From Candidatus Competibacter sp. (GTDB taxonomy: Bacteria > Pseudomonadota > Gammaproteobacteria > Competibacterales > Competibacteraceae): a DNA stretch of 32,342 bases. Location: contig JAVMKL010000101.1 in assembly GCA_031732875.1 (NCBI GenBank), positions 1-32,342 of the forward strand, written 5' to 3'. The notes under the pieces were generated by a model, which was given only the letters and a program-made list of their open reading frames with translations, was not told the DNA's origin and ran no database searches. Below are positions 25,853-32,342 of the stretch, one piece after another. Both the position numbers and the translations under genes were made by a program. Each line of letters starts with the position of its first letter. Positions within the stretch are counted from its first letter, which is position 1.

Positions 25853-28762
25853 TCAGTCTTTTTCAGTATGGCTGATGACTTTTTCAACTTGAATATCATT
25901 TATTCCAAAATCGTCCTGAATTTTAGTCTGTTTCTGTTTTCTACAAACTCTGCGAGAGAATATGAAACCCTTGGGGCACAATTCTATCTGTGGCAATATT
26001 CGTTCTTTGTTAGGATTTTCACAAAATTCATCGATATCTTTCTCCTGTGAAATGAGAAATTTAAGAAAATTAACTCCCTTATATTTGCAGGTTATATAGA
26101 GACTTAAAAGGATAAGATAAGAATTTAGGCCAGATTCTGAAATCTGATAATCAACAACCTCTCGATAATAAGCAAATTCCTTAATGGCGTGTTCCGCATT
26201 GTTATTATTCCATGGTACGCCATCATGATTAATAAACGTAAATAGTTTATCCTGATACTTCACCAATCTTTTACGGTAGTCTTCAGTCACTTCAGAACGG
26301 TAAATCTTCCCCGAGATATTTTTGAAGAATTGATTAACATCCCGTTTATGCTTTCCAAGGTATTTTTTCTGGAGTCCATAATTGTCAATAGTGTCGATGA
26401 TATTGCGTAGTAATTTACCAAAATCGGATGCGAGTTTTTTAAGTTCTTCATCCCATGAATTAGCCTGTATATCATTATTAAAGTCCCTGATAAGGTGGAT
26501 TAAACACTTTTGCTGTTCACATGGAAGAGCGTCATAAGGCGCGTAAAAATCAGAAATTAATACACCTCGAAAATCTTTTAGCATATTATTTAGAAAGCTT
26601 CCCTCTCGTGATTTCCTGTAGATATATAAGACTTCTTCCATATTTGTGAAGACCCACACATACTCTTTGCCATCACGCGTGAGATGAACCTCCGTCTCGT
26701 CCACATGGATAAAAGTACCACCTATCATCTTGGCCAGAATTTGCTTGGAAGTTTCCTCATAATATTGGGATAGTAACTGCTTAAATGTGAATACATCAAC
26801 TGTGGATACAGGTAACCCAAAATAGTCATTAAACCTCTTTGCGATTTTTGAAAAACTAGATCGACATGCCACATATTCATACATGGCCCAGCTTTTCAGG
26901 GAATGGAAATACTCGTCCGAACGAAGATATTCTTCGGGTAAGAACCGCTTGCCACATGTCAAACAGCAATGCCGAGTAGTCGTAAACCGTATTACCCATC
27001 TGCTGATACCACTTTGCGTGATTTGAAGGTTTCGAGCTAAGCGAACTAACCGCCTATCCATCTGCCGAGTTATCTCTGTCCCTCTACAGCTAGGGCATTT
27101 TTGGCTACTGATTTCAATGGTATTATTTGCCAAAATATCTTTTTTGCCCTGCCTACTGTGTCTTTTAGATCTCTTTTTCTTTAGAGCCTCGTTTGTTCGA
27201 ATAAAGATTTTATCTCTTTGATAATCGAAGTATGCGCATTTGTTGATAATCCTGAAATCAGGGATAGTGAACTCTGTCCGGCCCCAGTCTGGACGGCTAG
27301 AATCTGGACTCATCTCTCCTACTTGCGATACAGGGTAACCTTCGTGGGTTATGGTCTTGGGTTGCGTCGCCGAAGTTTGCTTCGGGCAGATGGCATAAAG
27401 GAACTCTGTTACCTTCTTCAATGCAGCACAGTCTTCCAAATTGTATGTTGCGAGCATTTCTTTGAGTGCCTGCGAACCAGTTTGCTCCCACTTATTTCGC
27501 CACACAATGCTCTGTATGCCTGAAGCATCGGCTTCAGTCCAGTTAAAACCCAGATAGCCACCGATATGCTTCAAGCCATTGGAATATGTAGGGAAATAGA
27601 TATGCGAATAAATGATTGAGAGAATGTTGACAACACGAGCAAGGATCTTGTCGCCAACCTCCTGTTGGCCCAAATCTTTTATCATTCGTCGCAAGAATAT
27701 TGCCTCATAACTACCATAAGCGTAGAGGTAAAAGTCGTCGAGACGATTCACTACATCGAGAAATTTCTGGAACAGATGGAATTCCTCAGTTTGGCTGTCT
27801 ACCCAAAATGAGTGATGCTCTTCCGCTCCATTCCTCACGATAATCATACCAAGCAGGTATATATATCTGCGTTCCGGGTCACCTTCGAGATCTAAATAGA
27901 TTTGTGTTGATGGATGTGGCAGTTCGGGTGTACCAAGCACGTAGATCTTCTTATTTCGAATAGCCAACGCCTGTAAAGCATGATTGTGTGGTTGACTTTT
28001 TTGCTTTGATCGCGTATTTCTTTTTTGTGGGCGGAAGATACAGGATAGTTGAGTGACAGTGAGGATTCCTCTCTTATTGTATTTTCGGATTTCCTTTTGA
28101 CTCAATCCTTGTAGCAAACTGAGGTCATCCTTTGCTGTCGCATTAACATGGCACCGTTGGCAGAACTCGCAAATTTGGCAGTGTCGGTTAAGCATTAATA
28201 CTGGAGCTACACCACTCTCTTGGATTTCCTTAATTTCTTGTAGTGCTCGTCGTGCGCTTTTATCGCCAGAATCCAGCTTGAATTTTGTGGTATTGCATTC
28301 GCGGCCATGGATCAAAATCCCAACCTGTGGTTGCCTTCCTTGGGTATCGCCGAGGATGCAGCCATGCATTGCAAGCAAGATTTTATGTTGTCTGTTGAGT
28401 TTTTCTGCCTCGTGGAATAATACGGGAATGTAGTGAAATTCTCCTAGTCGTGATGGGCCAACTTCTTTCTGGAGAGAATCAAAGTGGACTGCAATCCTCT
28501 GATCTTCTAGAATCACGTCTGAGAGTAATGATATCCCCCGTTTTAGTGTCGCAAGTGTTAGGGTGACACCATGTGCGGTATCGACTTCTTGGTATCGAGT
28601 TACAAGTTTATGCGTGGCCGCTTGTCGTACATGGTTTCTGGTCTCTTTCTGCAATAATTCATAGGGTGATACGTTACCTTGTTCACGAATCAGCTTCAGG
28701 TATCCTTTGTATTTGCAGTTCAAGTAGCTCTCTAGAATTTCCCCGGTGATCTTCGTGTCCAT
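25853..28762 (-). CDS. 969-aa fusion protein: N-terminal TM0106-family RecB/Cas4-like nuclease plus RNase-H-like (YprB-type 3'-5' exonuclease) domains, fused to a C-terminal IS66-family transposase (zinc ribbon + DDE domain)
   Basis: N-terminus ITGEILESYLNCKYKGYL plus HCQICEFCQRC Cys cluster (Cas4-like). IYLDLEGDPERRYIYLLGMII ... YGSYEAIFL ... NLEDCAAL form an RNase_H_2 / DEDD-like exonuclease triad. CPSCRG...CLTCGKRF is the IS66 zinc finger. FIHVDETEV ... YVWVF ... RGVLISDFYAPYD ... CLIHLIRDF ... NNNAEHAIKEF is an IS66 DDE transposase core. GGAGGTAAGCT SD precedes ATG 28762. Confidence 0.8.
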   Translation of the reverse strand: MDTKITGEILESYLNCKYKGYLKLIREQGNVSPYELLQKETRNHVRQAATHKLVTRYQEVDTAHGVTLTLATLKRGISLLSDVILEDQRIAVHFDSLQKEVGPSRLGEFHYIPVLFHEAEKLNRQHKILLAMHGCILGDTQGRQPQVGILIHGRECNTTKFKLDSGDKSARRALQEIKEIQESGVAPVLMLNRHCQICEFCQRCHVNATAKDDLSLLQGLSQKEIRKYNKRGILTVTQLSCIFRPQKRNTRSKQKSQPHNHALQALAIRNKKIYVLGTPELPHPSTQIYLDLEGDPERRYIYLLGMIIVRNGAEEHHSFWVDSQTEEFHLFQKFLDVVNRLDDFYLYAYGSYEAIFLRRMIKDLGQQEVGDKILARVVNILSIIYSHIYFPTYSNGLKHIGGYLGFNWTEADASGIQSIVWRNKWEQTGSQALKEMLATYNLEDCAALKKVTEFLYAICPKQTSATQPKTITHEGYPVSQVGEMSPDSSRPDWGRTEFTIPDFRIINKCAYFDYQRDKIFIRTNEALKKKRSKRHSRQGKKDILANNTIEISSQKCPSCRGTEITRQMDRRLVRLARNLQITQSGISRWVIRFTTTRHCCLTCGKRFLPEEYLRSDEYFHSLKSWAMYEYVACRSSFSKIAKRFNDYFGLPVSTVDVFTFKQLLSQYYEETSKQILAKMIGGTFIHVDETEVHLTRDGKEYVWVFTNMEEVLYIYRKSREGSFLNNMLKDFRGVLISDFYAPYDALPCEQQKCLIHLIRDFNNDIQANSWDEELKKLASDFGKLLRNIIDTIDNYGLQKKYLGKHKRDVNQFFKNISGKIYRSEVTEDYRKRLVKYQDKLFTFINHDGVPWNNNNAEHAIKEFAYYREVVDYQISESGLNSYLILLSLYITCKYKGVNFLKFLISQEKDIDEFCENPNKERILPQIELCPKGFIFSRRVCRKQKQTKIQDDFGINDIQVEKVISHTEKD

Positions 28763-28939
28763 AGCTTACCTCCAAGGATGAAGTTTCCATTAGCAGATCC
28801 ACGCACATCAGATACTGCACCACTCGACCCCGGTCAGTCACGATGCGTTCCAGTTTCGCTGCCGACAGGCTAATAGGATTGGGCCGGAAGGTGGAACGAG
28901 TCGCGAATACGTCCAGCCGCCCGAGTCGATCCGGGCTGG

Positions 28940-29679
28940 CGTGGAACCCCGAATTATCGCGGAAGCAGCCTCAATGACTTACCGGCTAAAGCCGGTAGGT
29001 TGTTAGAGGCGTAAACGCCCGTTCAGACTCAAGTCAGTTCGGGTTGCGGATGAATCTGCCTGAAGCTCATTCCGCCAGCGCCGGTGACTCGTCCCAGACT
29101 TGGAAGGCACCCGATCCGTCCTCTTGCTCTTCGATATAGCGCTTAACTTGTTCTTCCGTCACTCTGCCCCCACCGTCACGCAGAAATACCCCCTCCCCCA
29201 CAGGTATTGGCTCCAATACCGCTTCTGCAACTCCCGAAATTCCCGCTGCAACCGATAGGAGGATTTACCCTTGAGGTATTGCAGCATCTTTGCCGGCGAC
29301 AGATACGTCGGCGCACTCACCAAGAGATGGACATGATTGGGGCGAATATTTCCCTGTATGACTACCATATCGTGTTCCGCAGCGATCATCCGCAGCAAAT
29401 CCCGGAGCCGGAGCCCGATCTCCCCGCGCAACACTGGATACCCGTACTTCGTCTTCCATACCATGTGGTACTTCAGGTCTGTAACCGTGTGGGCACCACG
29501 CCGATACCGCGCTCGATCTACCATCCGCTGTTCCCGCTCAAGCTGTAGCCCTTGACGAAGGGCGCGTGCTAAAGACGTTTCCGCCTAAAGGCGAAGGTTT
29601 ATATCCTATTGTTTGGAAATCAAACGATGCTGATCGGCGTCAAGCTAAATATTGGCGGAATTTCGGTGGACAGTGGTAC
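28940..29679 (-). mobile_element. IS200-like (IS200/IS605 family) element, ~0.74 kb, with TAAA-loop subterminal hairpins on both sides of tnpA
   Basis: tnpA is flanked by short hairpins cgcc-taaa-ggcg (29581-29592), gccctt-gacg-aagggc (29547-29562), ccggc-taaa-gccgg (28981-28994) and ggcg-taaa-cgcc (29007-29018). The size matches IS200. The left boundary is approximate. Confidence 0.5.
29068..29524 (-). pseudogene. tnpA: IS200/IS605-family Y1 (HuH) transposase tnpA, frameshifted near the 3' end
   Basis: TDLKYHMVWKTKYGYPVL ... HVHLLVSAP (HuH) ... YLKGKSSYRLQ ... RGYFCVTVGAE*. The conserved C-terminus VTEEQVKRYIEEQE continues in another frame immediately after the stop (gcaGAGtgacggaagaa), extending to TGA at 29068. 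Confidence 0.75.
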
Positions 29680-29706
29680 AAAAAAGCCCGGCCTTGCGGC
29701 CGGGCT
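29680..29706 (-). terminator. Rho-independent terminator of the intact SPFH gene (repeat copy 2)
   Basis: On the minus strand: agcccggcc-gcaa-ggccgggct followed by tttttt. The IS200-like LE begins immediately 3' of the T-run. Confidence 0.7.
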
Positions 29707-29941
29707 CCGGTTTGACGGCGCTCAATGCGCCGGCAGGTCAATGCGCACCGTATCGCGCAACACGCCATCCAGGCCACCGAACACGGTCAGCCGTTCGACC
29801 TTGTCGACCACCTTCTCCAGCGCCTCCAGTTCCTTGAGCCGCAGCAGCAGGGGGTTCTCCTCCATCAGCTTCGCCGTGTTGAGCAGCGAGCGGGTGGCGG
29901 CGGTTTCCTCGCGCCGGCGGATGACGTTGGCCTGCGCCACC
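29680..29941. repeat. Direct repeat copy 2 (262 bp) = native 3' end of the SPFH gene plus terminator
   Basis: See copy 1 (25562..25823). Confidence 0.8.
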
Positions 29942-30870
29942 TTCTCCGCCTGCACGACCTGGTTGAGAATGTCCTTCATCTCGCCCGGCAGGATCACGTC
30001 CTTCAAGCCGACCGTCTCCAGTTCCAGACCGTGCGGGCGAACCTTCTCGACCGCGTAGTCCCACACGGCCCGATCCAGTTCGTCCTTGTCGCCGAGCAGC
30101 ACGTCCAGGGTGCGGGTACCGATGGTCTGGCGCAGACCGAACTGCAAGGTCCGGTACAGGTAGTCGCCGCTGTTGCCCAGTTCGGCGCGAGCCTTCACCG
30201 GATCGGCGATCCGGTAGACCGCCGACAGGTTCACCCGCAGGCTGACCTTGTCCTTGGTCAGGATTTCCTGGCCGGAGACCTCCAGGGTCTGCAAGCGCAG
30301 GTCCACCGACTCTACCTTCACCGCCCGGTTGAACCGCCAGAAGGCGTGCAGGCCGGGCGACAGGGTACGGACCAGCTCGCCGTCCACCAGCAACAGACCG
30401 ATGTGGTTGTCCTCCACCTCGGCGACCTGAATGAAACCGGTCACATTCTTGACCAGGGTCGCCGACGGCCGCGCCAGCAGGGCCGCGTGCGCCCGCGACA
30501 GGGCGTAATCGGTGGCGATGTTGATCGACTCGACGCGAACCTCCACCGGACCCCGCCAGTAGACCCGACGGGTCGCGGGGGGCAACACGCCATCCAGACG
30601 ACCGTTCTTGTAGATCAGGCCAACCTGCCGGTCGCCGGTCTCGACGACCTGAAAATGGCGCTCGATCAGCTCCTGGTCGGTCTTCAACAGCACGTCCAGC
30701 CAGGGGTGCTCGAACTCGGCCACGGTTAGATCGTACCGCTGCACCTCGTGGCGGTTCAGAGGATCGAGCCAACGGTAAATACCCGGTTCCAGAATGGCCG
30801 CCAGCCGGCGGTCGTACAGGTGGAGCCCACGCTCGTTCTGGGCGATCACGATTCGCTTGTAACCCAACAT
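29722..30870 (-). CDS. SPFH/band-7 (stomatin/slipin-like) domain protein, apparently soluble (no N-terminal TM helix)
   Basis: The C-terminal half carries the SPFH core and coiled-coil (RTLQFGLRQTIGTRTLDVLLGDKDELD...ILPGEMKDILNQVVQAEKVAQANVIRRREE...). Start MLGYKRIVIA at 30870 has an AAGGAG SD. The upstream part of the 443-aa track ORF lacks a start signal. Confidence 0.75.
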   Translation of the reverse strand: MLGYKRIVIAQNERGLHLYDRRLAAILEPGIYRWLDPLNRHEVQRYDLTVAEFEHPWLDVLLKTDQELIERHFQVVETGDRQVGLIYKNGRLDGVLPPATRRVYWRGPVEVRVESINIATDYALSRAHAALLARPSATLVKNVTGFIQVAEVEDNHIGLLLVDGELVRTLSPGLHAFWRFNRAVKVESVDLRLQTLEVSGQEILTKDKVSLRVNLSAVYRIADPVKARAELGNSGDYLYRTLQFGLRQTIGTRTLDVLLGDKDELDRAVWDYAVEKVRPHGLELETVGLKDVILPGEMKDILNQVVQAEKVAQANVIRRREETAATRSLLNTAKLMEENPLLLRLKELEALEKVVDKVERLTVFGGLDGVLRDTVRIDLPAH

Positions 30871-31320
30871 CTTGGTTCTCCTTGTGAAGTTGTTTGCAGT
30901 CTTCCTGTTCCGCCGCAATGCGGCGGGCGAGCGTGGCGTGTTGCTAGTCGGCGCCGTTTCCGGCCCGCCACCGCCGAGCGTCAGGATGTCATCGAGACCT
31001 GCTCCTGCCGGTTGGTTGATGAAAGAGGTTAAAGGGTTGGGAGCACACCCCACGCCCGCGCGGCGGACGACGGGTCGCTGCCGGGTCGATGATCGGCGGG
31101 CCTCGTGCGGCGGCCAGCGTCCTTGCTGGCCAGCGTCGCGCTCGGCTGGCCGATCATGACTTCAGCCTGATTCCCCGTCGCGCGGGACCGCGCGGACGGT
31201 GCGGGTCGGCGACCGTCCGATGCCGAGGCACCGGGCAAGCCGCCGCCCGCCGGGGTGGCTCCCGGGGTACTACAGTCGATGAAGCGGATTCGAACCGCGA
31301 GCCGTTTTAAGGCTTTCCCA

Positions 31321-31396
31321 TGGTGGAAAAGGAGGGAGTCGAACCCTCGACCGTCTGATGATGAGTCAGATGCTCTACCCGCTGAGCTACTTTCCG
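31321..31396 (-). tRNA. tRNA-like gene with CAT anticodon (tRNA-Met/Ile2-like), 76 nt including encoded CCA, with atypical features
   Basis: The minus strand reads CGGAAAG-TA-GCTC-AGCGGGTA-GAGC-A-TCTGA-CTCATCA-TCAGA-CGGTC-GAGGG-TTCGACT-CCCTC-CTTTTCC-A-CCA. It has perfect D, anticodon and T stems. Atypical features are a C1:C72 mismatch and C at position 37. Confidence 0.6.
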
Positions 31397-31553
31397 TGCT
31401 TCGAAGTCCCATCGTCCGCCCGACACACGCCGTGCGATGGCTAGCGTTGGCGCGCCGGACCGGCGTTCGAACCGGTACCGCTGTGCGTCGACGGGGCTGC
31501 TTCGAACCTTGCCGGCGGGGATTTCAAAATCTTTCCGCCGGGCGCCAGACAAC

Positions 31554-31590
31554 AAAAAACCCCGGAAGGCTGGCCGCCGACCGGGGTTTG
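31554..31590. terminator. Possible bidirectional intrinsic terminator (aaaaaa-ccccgg-[15-nt loop]-ccgggg-ttt)
   Basis: 6-bp GC stem with an A-run upstream and a short T-run downstream. The loop is long, so this is a weak call. Confidence 0.35.
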
Positions 31591-32342
31591 GTATTCCCGC
31601 TCGGAAGGTCGCCTCACGCGGACCTCCCGAGCCTGTATTCTCGTCAGGTCCGCATCGAATCCATCGTGGGCGCGCAAGGATGCGCTGTCGGCATTGGCCG
31701 GCCGACGATGGACGAAAGGTTAAAGGGGCGCTGGGTTATGTTCATGGGGGGCGAATTATAGGCGGGAAAAACAGCAAGTCAAGCTTGTGAGGAAAATCTT
31801 CTTACCACCTATCAGTCTGTCCCAAACCATGGGTTCAGAACATTTCAGCAGATTTCCTGCAACGGTAAATCAAACACTTAATACCACCTGCTGACGAGCG
31901 AACCCAGCGATTTTCAAAACTGATGGGTGATGAGGCAAGCGGTGATCCCCGAGCAGGGCATTCGGGCATTCGGGTGTTCGTCTACTCAACAAAACACCGT
32001 GATGATAAAGTCTTCGAGCGGCATGGCGGTCCCTCCGGGCGGTTGAGGTGGTTGGTTCCTCTCAGCTTAGCTCGATCACCATGCCGCATCAGCCTGTGCC
32101 CCATCTCTCCTATCTCCCCTCGAAAAGTCGAACATCGCGTTGGGATATGGATATCAGTAAAATGCTTGCGACGTGTTGACCATAAAGCAGCTTAACGAGT
32201 CGGTATCCACGCCTGAAACACTACCAGCATTCTGTCACTGTGCCGGAGAGTCGTGGATTTTGGGGAAATCGTTGCATTCCCCGCCGCCGCGCCGTATATC
32301 TCTGGTCGTTTGGGACAGGAGTGACGGCCATGTCCACCCGCC

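Larger units (their letters stand above)
25824..29679. mobile_element. ~3.9 kb inserted segment between the two 262-bp repeats: an AT-rich nuclease-transposase fusion gene plus an IS200-like element
   Basis: Bounded by loss of homology between the repeat copies. It contains a 2.9 kb stretch of roughly 35-40% G+C (by eye) in a ~65% G+C genome, and transposase-related genes. Confidence 0.6.

Noticed and set aside
29725-30772. 334-aa plus-strand and 344-aa minus-strand alternative-frame ORFs over the SPFH gene
   Set aside because: Gly/Arg/Pro-rich junk frames. The in-frame SPFH reading has conserved band-7 motifs and an SD.
31440-31560. Possible tmRNA (ssrA) 5' end (ggggctgcttcgaacc...) on the plus strand
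   Set aside because: Superficial similarity to GGGGCUGAUUCUGGAUUCGACGGG only. No tag reading frame (ANDENYALAA-like) and no downstream tRNA-like 3' end with CCA were found within the expected ~350 nt.
31018-31732. Short direct repeat GAAAG(A)GGTTAAAGGG at ~31021 and ~31714 flanking the tRNA region, considered as att-like repeats
   Set aside because: Only ~15 nt with an indel. Matches of this length are expected by chance in a 32-kb window.
1-32342. CRISPR arrays, rRNA genes, integrase genes
   Set aside because: No regularly spaced direct repeats, no rRNA-like conserved blocks, and no tyrosine- or serine-recombinase motifs were seen on either strand.
32328-32342. Apparent gene start (ATG 32328, GGAGTGA SD) at the window edge
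   Set aside because: Only 5 codons are visible, too short to support a feature call.

Overview
This is a GC-rich window (roughly 65% G+C by eye, gammaproteobacterial style), mostly housekeeping and transport genes. Left to right: a rarD-like permease; a probably truncated periplasmic sensor-domain gene; a Zn-ribbon membrane protein followed by an AsnB-like amidotransferase with a degenerate glutaminase domain; a minus-strand HNH endonuclease, 341-aa coiled-coil protein and cupin cluster; the split transhydrogenase operon pntAA-pntAB-pntB with a clean terminator; a stand-alone EAL phosphodiesterase; glucokinase; a CBS-pair protein behind a sharply AT-rich promoter region; a LysR regulator divergent from a GntP-family permease plus family-I CoA-transferase operon; an SLC13/DASS permease; an MmeI-family (type IIL R-M) homologue that lacks the whole methyltransferase core; an overlapping small-gene pair of low GC (TA-like); an alpha/beta hydrolase; a spermidine-synthase-like gene apparently split from its N-terminal membrane domain; an SPFH/band-7 gene; and a tRNA-like gene (CAT anticodon) surrounded by T-loop-like fragments. 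The most interesting part is a ~3.9 kb insertion (25824..29679) between two diverged 262-bp direct repeats of the SPFH gene 3' end plus terminator. It carries (i) a very AT-rich 969-aa ORF fusing a TM0106-type Cas4-like nuclease and RNase-H-like exonuclease module to a complete IS66-family DDE transposase body, and (ii) an IS200-like element with a frameshifted Y1 (HuH) tnpA and TAAA-loop subterminal hairpins, abutting the SPFH terminator hairpin. No CRISPR array or rRNA was seen. Product names come from motif recognition on the translated ORFs only; no database search was run.
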